A DNA stretch of 64,000 bases from Minisyncoccota bacterium (GTDB lineage: Bacteria > Patescibacteriota > Minisyncoccia > Phycocordibacterales > Phycocordibacteraceae): assembly GCA_036405415.1 (NCBI GenBank), contig DASWXP010000002.1:340803-404802 (forward strand), in the 5' to 3' direction. The translations under genes were made by a program, and so were the position numbers. The notes under the pieces are model-generated. The model was not told where the DNA came from. It ran no database searches and was given only the letters and a program-made list of their open reading frames with translations. Positions within the stretch are counted from its first letter, which is position 1. Every line of letters begins with the position of its first letter. This document shows, piece by piece, positions 27,867-37,642 of the stretch.

Positions 27867-29615
27867 TTAGGCAGGCGTCTCTTCAGCATCGATGAGCATC
27901 TGTCCGCCGAGGGCGTTCACTTCCTCGAACGGAATCTCTCCTGCTAACGCCTTAATGATAGCATCCTCGCGCATCGTCAACATGCCCTTGGCGCGGGCTG
28001 CCGCGTACACGCTTTCCTCGGTCGGCTTCGTAAGGACGACGTGCTCGAGGTCCGCATCCATGCGCAGGAACTCGAACACCGCGAGACGGCCGCGCGTGCC
28101 GTTCGGACAGTCCGCGGTAGGGCTCGCCCGGTAGAACTGCTTGAACTCCGGAAGGTTCTTATGGAATTCCTGCGGGAGGTCCGCGAACTCCTTATCAAGG
28201 AGCCCACGCATGCTCTCAGAAAGCGGGATCGGCTGCCCTGCCCCCGGGCAGAGCCTTCTCACGAGGCGCTGGCCGATGGCTGCGATCAAGGTCGGCGCGA
28301 TGAGATACGGATCCACGCCCATGTCCACCAGGCGCGGGATCACGCCCGCGGCGGTATTCGTGTGGATGGTCGAGAACACCAAGTGTCCGGTGAGGGCCGC
28401 CTGGATCGCGAGCTGCGCGGTCTCCTTATCGCGGATCTCTCCCACCATGATGATGTCCGGGTCCTGACGGAGTATGGAGCGCAGACCTGACGCGAAGGTG
28501 TAGCCGATCTCGGGCTTCACCTGCGACTGCGCGACGCCCGGGATCTCGTACTCGACCGGGTCCTCGATGGACACCACGTTCGCGGCTTCGCGATCGAGCT
28601 CTGAGAGCATCGAGAACAGGGTCGTCGACTTACCTGAACCGGTCGGTCCTGCGATAAGCACGATGCCGTACGGCTGGCGGATGATCTCGCGAACCTGTTC
28701 GAGGTCGCGCTTGGAAAGACCCACGGTCTCAAGTGTTGCGACCGAACGCGCGCTATCGAGGATACGCATCACCACCTTCTCTCCTCCCTGTGTCGGGAAG
28801 GTCGAAACGCGGAAGTCGATGCGGCGTCCTTCCACGGTAGCGGAAAAGCGGCCGTCCTGCGGCTTTCGCTTCTCGTCGAGGCGGATCTGCGAGAGGATCT
28901 TGATACGCGCCACCACGGCCGCATGCACCTTTGCCGGAAGCTCGAGCGAAGTGTGGAGCTCGCCGTCCATGCGGAATCGTACCCGCGTCTTCTCTGGCGT
29001 CGGCTCGATATGGATATCAGACGCACCGCCTTCAACCGCATAGCGGAGGATCGTGGCGACGATTTTCGTTACCGGCGCGTCCGCCTTGATGGTGGTCTCA
29101 ACCGCCTCGGGAGCCGCGCCCTTCTCCTCCCCGTCTGCGGGCGCAGCGGTCGTGCCTTCAAACTCCGAGAGCGCTTCGCCCACTTCCCCGGAAAGGTTCT
29201 CGTACTCTTTCAACACGCGATCGAAGTCCGCTTCCGAGATCAGGAAGAGCTTGTACGGCATACCCACGCGGCTCGAGATGAACTGAAGCGCATCCAAGGC
29301 TTCTATATTGTCCGGATCGACGATACCGACCGAGAGCGCGCCATCCGCTACCGAGAGCGGGACGAAGCGGTAGTGCCGCGCAGACTCTTCCGGGATATAG
29401 CCGAGCGTCTCCTTGGAAGCCGGTTCCTGCGGGAGCGCGAGGTACGGGATCGAATAGTGCTCGCTTGCGACCTGGTACGCCTTCTCGATAGAGATCCCGC
29501 GCTTGTCGAGCGCGGACGCAAGCGTGCTGCCGGGCGCGCGCGCCTCTTCAGCAACGCGTGCCGCGTCTTCCTTTGAGAGAAGCCCCTGTTCCGTAAGCAG
29601 CGAAAGAAGATTCAT
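27867..29615 (-). CDS. pilB: type IV pilus assembly ATPase PilB (GspE family) with N-terminal T2SSE_N domain
   Basis: Walker A GPTGSGKST, His box, tetracysteine-less GspE core; 582 aa. Confidence 0.85.
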   Translation of the reverse strand: MNLLSLLTEQGLLSKEDAARVAEEARAPGSTLASALDKRGISIEKAYQVASEHYSIPYLALPQEPASKETLGYIPEESARHYRFVPLSVADGALSVGIVDPDNIEALDALQFISSRVGMPYKLFLISEADFDRVLKEYENLSGEVGEALSEFEGTTAAPADGEEKGAAPEAVETTIKADAPVTKIVATILRYAVEGGASDIHIEPTPEKTRVRFRMDGELHTSLELPAKVHAAVVARIKILSQIRLDEKRKPQDGRFSATVEGRRIDFRVSTFPTQGGEKVVMRILDSARSVATLETVGLSKRDLEQVREIIRQPYGIVLIAGPTGSGKSTTLFSMLSELDREAANVVSIEDPVEYEIPGVAQSQVKPEIGYTFASGLRSILRQDPDIIMVGEIRDKETAQLAIQAALTGHLVFSTIHTNTAAGVIPRLVDMGVDPYLIAPTLIAAIGQRLVRRLCPGAGQPIPLSESMRGLLDKEFADLPQEFHKNLPEFKQFYRASPTADCPNGTRGRLAVFEFLRMDADLEHVVLTKPTEESVYAAARAKGMLTMREDAIIKALAGEIPFEEVNALGGQMLIDAEETPA

Positions 29616-29690
29616 CGCGTAGGCCTTCGCGGAGGATTACACCTTCCGCAACGCATCGTTATGCACCCTGGTATGTACGTAGTGTAACGC

Positions 29691-29718
29691 GTAAGAGGCA
29701 CGTTGCCGTGCCTCTTAC
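29691..29718 (-). terminator. hairpin gtaagaggcacg-ttgc-cgtgcctcttac
   Basis: Perfect 12-bp stem just 3-prime of the minus-strand ORF 29739..30047, separating the pilMNO transcript from pilB. Confidence 0.55.
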
Positions 29719-29738
29719 TGCGGACCTGTGGGATATCG

Positions 29739-30047
29739 CTACTGCGCAGCGACGCCCGGGAGCGGCGAGAAGGGATCAGGACGACCGCCCGCTTCAGGGA
29801 GAATCGCGGTCTTGATGTCGATGAGCGCTGCGAAGCGCGGATCGCTCAGGATGCTCGCGTCGAACCCGATCGGTTCGAGCTGCGCGGCGAGCGTGAGGAA
29901 CGAGGCCTGGGCCTCGCTGGTCGGGCCGCCGTCCATATATGAGATATCAGGCTGCGCCGGCTGGCTTTGCCAGAGGAAATAGAGCGCTGCTCCGCCAACG
30001 ACGATAGCCAGAGCGATGTACATGAGGGTGTTCTTCTTGAGCGCCAT
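29739..30047 (-). CDS. small membrane-anchored protein (possible PilP-like pilus assembly component)
   Basis: 102 aa; TM helix MYIALAIVVGGAALYFLW; sits directly downstream of pilO in the same orientation. Confidence 0.45.
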   Translation of the reverse strand: MALKKNTLMYIALAIVVGGAALYFLWQSQPAQPDISYMDGGPTSEAQASFLTLAAQLEPIGFDASILSDPRFAALIDIKTAILPEAGGRPDPFSPLPGVAAQ

Positions 30048-30057
30048 AAGAGTACGG

Positions 30058-30630
30058 TTATCGGAGCCAGTAGAGGCGGAACGTTATGTCGTAGGTGTAC
30101 ACGCCCGTGTTCGAGTCGTCGACCGACAGCTCCACGATATCGAGCGGCCGCAGGCTCTGCTCCACGCCCGCGAGGAACGTGCGGAAGGCGCCGTAGCTGC
30201 CGGTAGCAGAGACCGAGAGCTCGAGCGAATCCGTGGTATCGGACGCCTCGAGCGGGATCGCGCCGCTATCAATAACGGGCTGCGTGCTCGTTCCAGCGGT
30301 CTCCCCTCCCTCGATATCGAAATCAGAGAGCGTAACCCCGGAGCGCGCTGCGAGCGAATTCAGATCGACGATGAGCTGCACGTTATCGACATTGTCGGGA
30401 AGGAACGCCTCGAGGCGCGCGAGCTGGTCCGCTGAGAGCGTGTTGCGTTCCTGCGTAAGTGCGAGCTCCTTCTCCTTGAACTGTCGTGCTGCCATAAGCG
30501 CCGAATCGAGATTCTCGATCTCGTCCTGCAGCACCGCGACGGATCCGCTGAACGTCGGCTGCACGTATGCGAGGAATATGCCTACCGCGAGGACTATGAA
30601 GAAGAGCGGGAGAAGTCGTGAGGAGATCAT
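30058..30630 (-). CDS. pilO: type IV pilus assembly protein PilO-like
   Basis: N-terminal TM helix then a coiled-coil periplasmic domain; gene order pilM-pilN-pilO. Confidence 0.6.
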   Translation of the reverse strand: MISSRLLPLFFIVLAVGIFLAYVQPTFSGSVAVLQDEIENLDSALMAARQFKEKELALTQERNTLSADQLARLEAFLPDNVDNVQLIVDLNSLAARSGVTLSDFDIEGGETAGTSTQPVIDSGAIPLEASDTTDSLELSVSATGSYGAFRTFLAGVEQSLRPLDIVELSVDDSNTGVYTYDITFRLYWLR

Positions 30631-31334
30631 AGGCGGTTGGTGGTTGTCGCGGTGGTCGTGGCCCTGGTACTCGTCGCAGGCGCCGATACCGGTGCTTGCG
30701 GCTGCGCAGGCGCTTCGGCACCTTCTGCCGGCGCCGAAGAATCAGGGATGCCTGGCAATACCTCCCCTGCGGTTATGAGGCGCGGATCGAGTGATGCGGT
30801 AAGCGTGAACGAGACCGTGCCGTTCGTGTTAACAGAGATGTTCGAGAATATCGCGCGCTTGATGCGACGCTCCCCTGCGAGCGCTGCGCTCTGCGCTGCA
30901 AGCGCGTTGAAGGAACGCGCCACGCCTTCGGTCTCGATCTCCGCAGTGCGATCATCCGCTACCGAGATGGAAAGCGTGCTGAAGCGCACGTTCTGGAGCG
31001 TGCGCGCCTCGAGCGTATCGAAGAACTCGGAAAGCGTAATGTGCTTGTTGAGGATCGTCTCGACCGATTCGAGGCGGTCGCGCAGACGCACGAAGTCCTC
31101 TACCGCATCGATATCGACGCTCTGCTGCGCGACCGCGAGCTCCGCTGCCTTCGCGTCGCGCGCGCTCTTGAGGTAGAACTCGTATCCGAAGGTGGCGAGC
31201 GCTCCCACGATGCTTACGCCAAGAAGCACGAGCGCCATGACAGAGAAGATATTCGTGCCGCTCTTCTGCCGCATCGATGGCGCGACAGGCTGTTTCGGCA
31301 CGAATGACGTCGGTATGGTCGGAGGAAGGGCCAC
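30627..31334 (-). CDS. pilN: type IV pilus assembly protein PilN-like
   Basis: TM helix IFSVMALVLLGVSIVGALATF followed by a coiled-coil; overlaps pilO by 4 nt. Confidence 0.6.
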   Translation of the reverse strand: MALPPTIPTSFVPKQPVAPSMRQKSGTNIFSVMALVLLGVSIVGALATFGYEFYLKSARDAKAAELAVAQQSVDIDAVEDFVRLRDRLESVETILNKHITLSEFFDTLEARTLQNVRFSTLSISVADDRTAEIETEGVARSFNALAAQSAALAGERRIKRAIFSNISVNTNGTVSFTLTASLDPRLITAGEVLPGIPDSSAPAEGAEAPAQPQAPVSAPATSTRATTTATTTNRL

Positions 31335-31390
31335 AGTAGTATCAGTATACGAGGCAGAAGCGCATTTTACGCCGCTTTATGCACAGCGCG

Positions 31391-32479
31391 CTATCCTTGC
31401 TCCTCGAGCTTGCGGAGTGCAAGCCCTACCGCAACCGCGAACTCAGGACCGATCTCCTCGAGCACCGGGCGCATGAATGCCGGAGCCTGCGTCTTCCCGA
31501 ACGGATTCGCGACATGCACTTCCATATTAAAGAAACTCTTCGCGTATGCCTGGAGCGCCTTGGTGACGCCGCCGCCGCCGGTAAGCACGAGTCCTGAAAC
31601 CTGGGTACCCTTCACTTGCTGGTACTGGTCCAGGGCCCGCTTCGCTTCCTCGAAGATGCGCGAGAACATGAGCTCTATTGAGCGCGGATCATAGGACCCG
31701 GATCCGTCAGCGAATCCGTGCTCTTTCTTGAGCGCTTCTGCGCTCGCGACCGGGATGCCGCTCGCGGTCGCGATGGTGCGCGTCACATCCTGCCCGCCGC
31801 GCGGGATGTTATGCGAGAGCGCGACGACGCCATGCTCGACCACGTATACCTTGGTTGCGGACGCACCGATATCAAGCACCAGCACCGGCTTCACCGGCTC
31901 GTCCACCACCGAGCGGATCGTACTGAAGATCTCGATCTCGTAGAACGTAGCCGCAAGCTGCGACGTGGTAACCACGCTCTCAAGGAGCGTGAGCTCGTCG
32001 TTATGTACCGCGACAAGTAGTACCTGCACCTTGGAAGGCGGTGCCGCACCCTCAGGAATCGCTTCGGGGATGATGAACCAGTCAAGCTGCACCTCGGAAA
32101 CCGGCACCGGGATGTACTTGCGCGCCTCAAGCTCGATAACCGTCTTCTGCTCATCCGGGTTCTCGCGGCGCGGAAGCTCCACGAGCGTGAGCAAGGAACG
32201 CGAGAACGGTATGGAAATACCCGCGTCCTTCGTAGTGACGTTCGCTTCGCGCAAGAGATCGTTCAGGCACTCCGCGATCTTCGCTGCCGGAAGGTTCGTC
32301 GCCTGCCCGATCTCGCCGCCTGCGTAGGGCCCGAGCGCGAGCTCGCCGTAGGTCTCAAGTATCGCGGCACCACCCTCGCGGCGCAGCTGCACCACTTTCA
32401 AGGATGACGAACCGATGTCGACGCCAATCACGCTCGCGCCTTTCTTTCCTCCGCCGAATAGTTTTGAGAGGAATCCCAT
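31391..32479 (-). CDS. pilM: type IV pilus assembly ATPase-fold protein PilM
   Basis: Start at ATG 32479 (MGFLSKLFGGGKKGASVIGVDIGSSSLKVV); actin/FtsA-like fold. Confidence 0.75.
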   Translation of the reverse strand: MGFLSKLFGGGKKGASVIGVDIGSSSLKVVQLRREGGAAILETYGELALGPYAGGEIGQATNLPAAKIAECLNDLLREANVTTKDAGISIPFSRSLLTLVELPRRENPDEQKTVIELEARKYIPVPVSEVQLDWFIIPEAIPEGAAPPSKVQVLLVAVHNDELTLLESVVTTSQLAATFYEIEIFSTIRSVVDEPVKPVLVLDIGASATKVYVVEHGVVALSHNIPRGGQDVTRTIATASGIPVASAEALKKEHGFADGSGSYDPRSIELMFSRIFEEAKRALDQYQQVKGTQVSGLVLTGGGGVTKALQAYAKSFFNMEVHVANPFGKTQAPAFMRPVLEEIGPEFAVAVGLALRKLEEQG

Positions 32480-32502
32480 CGCGCGAATTGTATCATGCAT
32501 GC

Positions 32503-33126
32503 ATGAAGCTTCTCCGGGCAATCCTCGACCTCCTGTTCCCGCCGCGCGACGCCGAAGCGCTCGTGAACGGGGCGACACAGGAATCGCTCGGCGCCCTCGT
32601 GCGCGTACGCACCCACGATGACGGAACGGTCTCGCTCCTTCCCTATCGCGCGCCCCAAGTGAAAGCATGCATAACGGAAACGAAGTTCAGGGACAGCGAG
32701 AACGCGCAGACGCTGCTCGCGTCCGTCCTCAGGGAATACGTAGCGGCGCTTGAAGAAGACCTCGAGAGCTTTGAGGCGCAGACCATCGTAGTAGTGCCGG
32801 TCCCGCTCTCAGAAGCCCGAAGAAAGGAACGCGGCTATAACCAGACCGAGCGCATCGCGACGAAGGCTCTTTCTGGATTAGCGGACACCACGCTCAACAC
32901 AAAGATCCTGGTACGTACCCGCGATACCCTGCCCCAGACCTCGCTCGGAGGCCGCGAACGCAGGGAGAACCTCAAGGACGCATTCGAAGCGTCTATTCCC
33001 GACGCAACACATACCTATATAGTGTTCGATGACGTCCGAACCACCGGAACCACCCTCTCTGAAGCCGTGCAAGCACTGAAGAACGCCGGAGCCCTCAAGG
33101 TATACGGCCTTTCATTGGCGCATTAG
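32503..33126 (+). CDS. comF: ComF family protein (phosphoribosyltransferase-domain competence protein)
   Basis: PRTase motif IVFDDVRTTGTTL near the C-terminus; divergent from pilM with only a 23-bp spacer. Confidence 0.75.
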   Translation: MKLLRAILDLLFPPRDAEALVNGATQESLGALVRVRTHDDGTVSLLPYRAPQVKACITETKFRDSENAQTLLASVLREYVAALEEDLESFEAQTIVVVPVPLSEARRKERGYNQTERIATKALSGLADTTLNTKILVRTRDTLPQTSLGGRERRENLKDAFEASIPDATHTYIVFDDVRTTGTTLSEAVQALKNAGALKVYGLSLAH

Positions 33127-33153
33127 GGCGGAAATGATACTTTGATACCTACA

Positions 33154-33243
33154 GGAGACGTGGCTGAGTGGTCGAAAGTACCTCACTGCTAACGAGGCGA
33201 GCTGTAAAAGGCTCCGAGGGTTCGAATCCCTCCGTCTCCGCCA
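33154..33243 (+). tRNA. tRNA-Ser (anticodon GCU), CCA encoded
   Basis: GGAGACG acceptor paired with CGTCTCC, anticodon loop CTGCTAA, a long variable arm (CGAGCTGTAAAAGGCTCC), T-arm GAGGGTTCGAATCCCTC, then GCCA. A gccccg-cc-cggggc terminator hairpin follows. Confidence 0.85.
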
Positions 33244-33304
33244 AGTCGAAGGCCCCGCCCGGGGCTTTCAGCCGTTTCTCACTCTCCATCCGTACAATCT
33301 GCGC

Positions 33305-33979
33305 ATGCACGCATGGAACATAAAGCCCCGCGACGCTATCGCGCTTCAGAAAGAGCTCGCCGAGGAAGTGAAACTCGTGCCGCTTGAGAAACAACCGGTG
33401 CTCATTGGAGGCTGCGACGTCTCTATGAACCGGTTCGCGAAGGACGGGTTCGCCGGATTCGTGACACTCACGTACCCCGAGCTTCAAACGGTAGACCATG
33501 CCGTACACAAGGGCGTGATTCCCTTCCCCTACATCCCCGGACTCCTCTCGTTTCGTGAGATACCGATGCTGCTTGAAGCATGGAAAGAACTCAAGCAGAA
33601 GCCTGACGTGCTGCTCGTTGACGGCATCGGCATCGCGCACCCTAGGCGCCTTGGCATCGCGTCGCACCTCGGCGTGCTCCTTGATATACCAACCATTGGC
33701 GTCGCCAAGAGCGTTCTTATAGGAAGCTTCGAGGCTCCAGGAAACGAACCAGGCGACACCAGCCCTCTCGTGGACCAAAAGAACGGCGAGACAATAGGCA
33801 TGGCGCTCCGCACCAAGAAGAACGTAAAACCCGTATTCATCTCTCCAGGACACCGCGTAACACTTGAAGATGCGGTCTCGCTCGTCGCTTCCTGCGTGCG
33901 GAAGCACCGCATCCCGGAACCGACTCGCGCGGCGCACAACCTCATGAACGAGTATCGGCGTAAGGATATGGCTTCCTGA
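33305..33979 (+). CDS. nfi: endonuclease V (deoxyinosine 3-prime endonuclease)
   Basis: Conserved GGCDVS, PYIPGLLSFRE and GIAHPRR blocks; 224 aa. Confidence 0.8.
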   Translation: MHAWNIKPRDAIALQKELAEEVKLVPLEKQPVLIGGCDVSMNRFAKDGFAGFVTLTYPELQTVDHAVHKGVIPFPYIPGLLSFREIPMLLEAWKELKQKPDVLLVDGIGIAHPRRLGIASHLGVLLDIPTIGVAKSVLIGSFEAPGNEPGDTSPLVDQKNGETIGMALRTKKNVKPVFISPGHRVTLEDAVSLVASCVRKHRIPEPTRAAHNLMNEYRRKDMAS

Positions 33980-34015
33980 TTCGTCTTCGTACGCGATACC
34001 TGGTATACAACCTAC

Positions 34016-34873
34016 ATGAACAAGCGTCTCAAGATAGCGCTCGTAGCGCTCCTCATCCTGTTTGCATTGATCGGTCTCCTCTTCACGGGAGTCTTTGTCG
34101 CCATGCAGCTCGGCCTCACCAATGTCCGGGGCTCTATCTCGGACCGTAACGCGTTCTTTCTCGGGAAGGATGAAGAGACTGCGGTCGCGTCGATCCCCAC
34201 AAAGCCTTGCATCGATGCAGGCGCGAACACCTGCGCATGGAACGAGACGCCTGAATGGGTGGTGGTCGAAGGCGGCCTTGCCAAAGACGCTGCTATTATC
34301 GCCCGCGTATCCGCCGAGACCGGCGTCCCGGCGCGCCTTATCGCCGCGAGCGTGGTTCCGGAGCAGATCCGCTTCTTCACCTCCGAACGCGAGGTGTTCA
34401 AGCGCTACTTCGAGCCGCTGAAGATCCTCGGCTCCCTCTCGCAGTTCTCGCTCGGCGTCTCAGGAATCAAGCAGGAGACGGCGCGACTCGTCGAAAAGCA
34501 TGCGCTTGACTCAGAGTCCCCGTTTTATCCGGGACCGGAAGCAGCACGCCTCATCGCGTACAGCGATCAGGTCGGCAAGGACGAGGAACTCTATCGCCGC
34601 CTCACCGACGAGAAGGACCACTATTACTCCTACCTCTACACCGCGCTCTACCTCAAGGAAGTCATGGCGCAATGGGAGCGTGCCGGGTTCCCGATAGAGG
34701 ACGATCCGTACGCGCTCGTGACGCTTTTCAACATCGGCTTTGCTAACTCCGTGCCGAAAGCCGACCCGAGGCCCGGCGGCGCGCCAATCACGGTTGGCGG
34801 CGTAACCTACGCGTTCGGACAGCTCGGCGGCGACTTCTTCGTGTCTGACGAACTGCGAGACGTGCTTCCCTAG
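34016..34873 (+). CDS. hypothetical membrane-anchored protein
   Basis: N-terminal TM helix IALVALLILFALIGLLFTGVFVAMQLGL, then a 250-aa soluble domain with no recognised motif. Confidence 0.5.
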   Translation: MNKRLKIALVALLILFALIGLLFTGVFVAMQLGLTNVRGSISDRNAFFLGKDEETAVASIPTKPCIDAGANTCAWNETPEWVVVEGGLAKDAAIIARVSAETGVPARLIAASVVPEQIRFFTSEREVFKRYFEPLKILGSLSQFSLGVSGIKQETARLVEKHALDSESPFYPGPEAARLIAYSDQVGKDEELYRRLTDEKDHYYSYLYTALYLKEVMAQWERAGFPIEDDPYALVTLFNIGFANSVPKADPRPGGAPITVGGVTYAFGQLGGDFFVSDELRDVLP

Positions 34874-35134
34874 CTTCACCGCCACATCATCAACATGTGC
34901 GTATAGTACGGAGCGTATGAACGTTCCGAGCATCGAGTCGCATCTCTCGCGCAGACAGGAAGAGCGCACGTATCCGATCGCAAAGCGCATGCATGACCTG
35001 CCGGTAGTGGGCATCATCGCGCGCGCCTGGGTGCGCGCTACGCAGTCTGAGGAGCCGAGGGTCTGGGCGAGCCTCCCTCCGGTCGTCGCGTAGAGCACGG
35101 TACACTGTAGGGAGCCAATTCCGGCTTAATCTCT

Positions 35135-35635
35135 TTGCCTATGAATGCCAAAGTCATCTGGATCGTACTCGTGCTTATCGGAATCATCGGTATCGGCTGG
35201 CTTGCCTTCGGCAGCCGCGCGGGCGCACCGGCTGATACCCAGACCGCGACGACTACCGAAATGACCCGAGGAGAGGAACCAGCTCCTATAATAGACGGCG
35301 AGGATGGCGGACCCGCATTCGCGGTCGTGACGCTCACCGACTCGGGATTCACTCCGAGCACGCTTACCGTGAATGCAGGCGAGACCGTGCGCTTCATTAA
35401 CGAATCGTCTCGCGGCATGTGGGTAGGCTCAGACGACCATCCGACGCATACCGATTACGACGGCACCGCCACCCGCGAGCACTGCGCGAACGGCATGGCT
35501 ACCAATGGCACCTTCGATCAGTGTGCTTCTGTAAACAAAGGTGACTACTGGGACTACACCTTTGAGCGCGCAGGTTCCTTCGGATATCACAATCACGTCG
35601 GCGCTTCCAACACCGGCACGATCGTAGTGCGCTAG
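35135..35635 (+). CDS. membrane-anchored cupredoxin-like domain protein (tentative)
   Basis: N-terminal TM helix. The beta-rich domain with VTLTDSGFTPSTLTVNAGETVRFINES...H..H resembles copper-binding cupredoxin folds. Confidence 0.35.
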   Translation: MPMNAKVIWIVLVLIGIIGIGWLAFGSRAGAPADTQTATTTEMTRGEEPAPIIDGEDGGPAFAVVTLTDSGFTPSTLTVNAGETVRFINESSRGMWVGSDDHPTHTDYDGTATREHCANGMATNGTFDQCASVNKGDYWDYTFERAGSFGYHNHVGASNTGTIVVR

Positions 35636-35636
35636 C

Positions 35637-36014
35637 ATGACTACCAACCCGCTCCATCTTCCTGCGCCCGAGCTGCTCCTGCGCGCAGGCCTTGCGATCT
35701 CGTTCCTGTATCCGGCGCTCCATGCGCTCACGGATCCCTACGCATGGGTCGGGTACTTCCCGCCGTTCCTACTGTCGCTCGCGGGCGAACACACTATCCT
35801 GATGCTCCATGCCTGGGGCGCGATCGAAGTAGTGCTCGCGCTCTGGGTCTTGTTCGCGCGGAATGTCTTTGTCCCGAGCGCGATCATGGCAGTCGCGCTC
35901 ATGGCGGTAGTCATCGCGAATCCTGCGCAGTTCCCTATCCTCTTCCGCGACGTGACGATAGCGCTCGCTGCTGGCGCGCTCGCATGGATGCATCGCCCGA
36001 AGCATGAAGCGTAG
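35637..36014 (+). CDS. DoxX-like small membrane protein (tentative)
   Basis: 125 aa, 4 predicted TM helices; its start overlaps the previous stop (tagcATG). Confidence 0.4.
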   Translation: MTTNPLHLPAPELLLRAGLAISFLYPALHALTDPYAWVGYFPPFLLSLAGEHTILMLHAWGAIEVVLALWVLFARNVFVPSAIMAVALMAVVIANPAQFPILFRDVTIALAAGALAWMHRPKHEA

Positions 36015-36444
36015 GACCCGTACCGCAGGCGGCGTGGTGCTGGGGGACAGCGGCACCATTGCGCTGGTGCGCACCACGGGCGGGAGCGGATGGACCTTCC
36101 CGAAGGGCCATATCGAGGAAGGCGAATCAGACGAAGACGCAGCGCGCCGCGAGATCGAAGAAGAGACCGGACTTACGGATCTCGAGCTCATCGATGACCT
36201 CGGTTCTTATGAACGCTACCGCATCGGCAGGGACGGTTCTGGCGACGACAAGTCTGAACTGAAAGAGATCCACCTGTATCTCTTCGCGGCACGTCCCTAT
36301 TGCGCCCTCGTCCCTGCGCACGAGATCGGCGAAGCAGAATGGGTAGCGATGCCGCGCATGATGGAAAGGCTCACCCACCCCAAGGACCGTGCGTGGTTCA
36401 CCACGGTATTCGAGCGCGTACGGCACGCGATCCAAAGAGACTAA
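36004..36444 (+). CDS. NUDIX hydrolase
   Basis: Nudix box GHIEEGESDEDAARREIEEETGL (G-x5-E-x7-REUxEExGU). Confidence 0.8.
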   Translation: MKRRTRTAGGVVLGDSGTIALVRTTGGSGWTFPKGHIEEGESDEDAARREIEEETGLTDLELIDDLGSYERYRIGRDGSGDDKSELKEIHLYLFAARPYCALVPAHEIGEAEWVAMPRMMERLTHPKDRAWFTTVFERVRHAIQRD

Positions 36445-36474
36445 GAGAAAGGCCCGCATCAGCGGGCCTTTCTC
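36445..36474. terminator. bidirectional hairpin gagaaaggcccgc-atca-gcgggcctttctc
   Basis: 13-bp stem between the convergent NUDIX (+) and malic enzyme (-) genes. Confidence 0.65.
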
Positions 36475-37623
36475 TTATCGAATCGCTTTCGCGATAGCGG
36501 GCACCACCCGCTTGTCCAGCACGTCAGGAATGATCTTCGTTGCCGCAGGCTTTGCGACGAGCGCTGCGAGCGCCTTGGCAGCGCGAACCTTGGACTCTTC
36601 CGTAATCCGGGTGACGCCGCGATCGAGCGCGCCGCGGAACACGCCTGGGAACACGAGCGCGTTGTTGATCTGGTTCGGGAAATCGGAACGGCCAGTCGCG
36701 ATGACCACGGCACCTCCCTTCTTCGCCTCTTCAGGCATGATCTCCGGGACCGGATTGGAGAGCGCGAATACGATGGCACGCTCCGCCATGGAAGAGACAT
36801 GCGCGCTCGTAAGGAGATTCGGTCCGGAGACGCCTATGAAGACGTCAGCGCCAGGAAGCACCGCAGAGAGTTCTCCTGAGACGTTGCGCGGATTAGTTAG
36901 CACGGCGAGCTCCTGCTTACTGTGGTTGAGGTCAGGACGCCCTTCGTAGATAGCGCCGCCGCGATCGAGCAAGACGATGTCGTCGATGCCCGAGATCTTA
37001 AGGAGCTTCGCAATCGCGACGCCGGCCGCGCCTGCGCCCGAGATGACGATACGAAGCTTCTTGAACGGCTTCCCCACGACCTTCGCCGCGTTCATGAGTC
37101 CTGCGAGCACGACGATGGCGGTGCCGTGCTGGTCGTCATGCATAACCGGGATGTTGAGCGACTCGATGAGCTTCTTCTCTATCTCGAAGCACTGCGGCGC
37201 CTTGATGTCCTCGAGGTTGATGCCGCCGAACGAGGGCGCGATAACGCGCACGGTACGGATGATCTCGTCCGGGTCCTGGGTATCGAGCACGATCGGCCAC
37301 GCATCGATTCCGGCGAGCTCTCGGAATATGAGCGCCTTCCCTTCCATGACAGGGAGCGCCCCGTACGCGCCAATATTCCCGAGCCCGAGCACGGCCGAGC
37401 CGTCTGAAATGACCGCGACCGAGTTCTTCTTTACGGACATTCTGCGCGCGTCTTCAGGATGCGTTGCGAGATGCGAGGATGCCGCGCCTACGCCAGGCGT
37501 ATAGAAGAGCGCGAACGCTTCCTTGGTCTTAAGCGGGACGCGCGCCTTCGTCTCGATACGCGGACCGGTCTTCTTAAAGGCTGCAACTATCTGCGCTGGA
37601 GTGCGCTTCTTTGGGTTCGGCAT
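36475..37623 (-). CDS. NAD(P)-dependent malic enzyme
   Basis: Start ATG 37623 (MPNPKKRTP). Malic-enzyme blocks FYTPGVG, VISDGSAVLGLGNIG, FGGINLEDIKAP and GAGAAGVAIA (NAD binding). Confidence 0.8.
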   Translation of the reverse strand: MPNPKKRTPAQIVAAFKKTGPRIETKARVPLKTKEAFALFYTPGVGAASSHLATHPEDARRMSVKKNSVAVISDGSAVLGLGNIGAYGALPVMEGKALIFRELAGIDAWPIVLDTQDPDEIIRTVRVIAPSFGGINLEDIKAPQCFEIEKKLIESLNIPVMHDDQHGTAIVVLAGLMNAAKVVGKPFKKLRIVISGAGAAGVAIAKLLKISGIDDIVLLDRGGAIYEGRPDLNHSKQELAVLTNPRNVSGELSAVLPGADVFIGVSGPNLLTSAHVSSMAERAIVFALSNPVPEIMPEEAKKGGAVVIATGRSDFPNQINNALVFPGVFRGALDRGVTRITEESKVRAAKALAALVAKPAATKIIPDVLDKRVVPAIAKAIR

Positions 37624-37642
37624 GTCGCAGAGTATCCCACGC

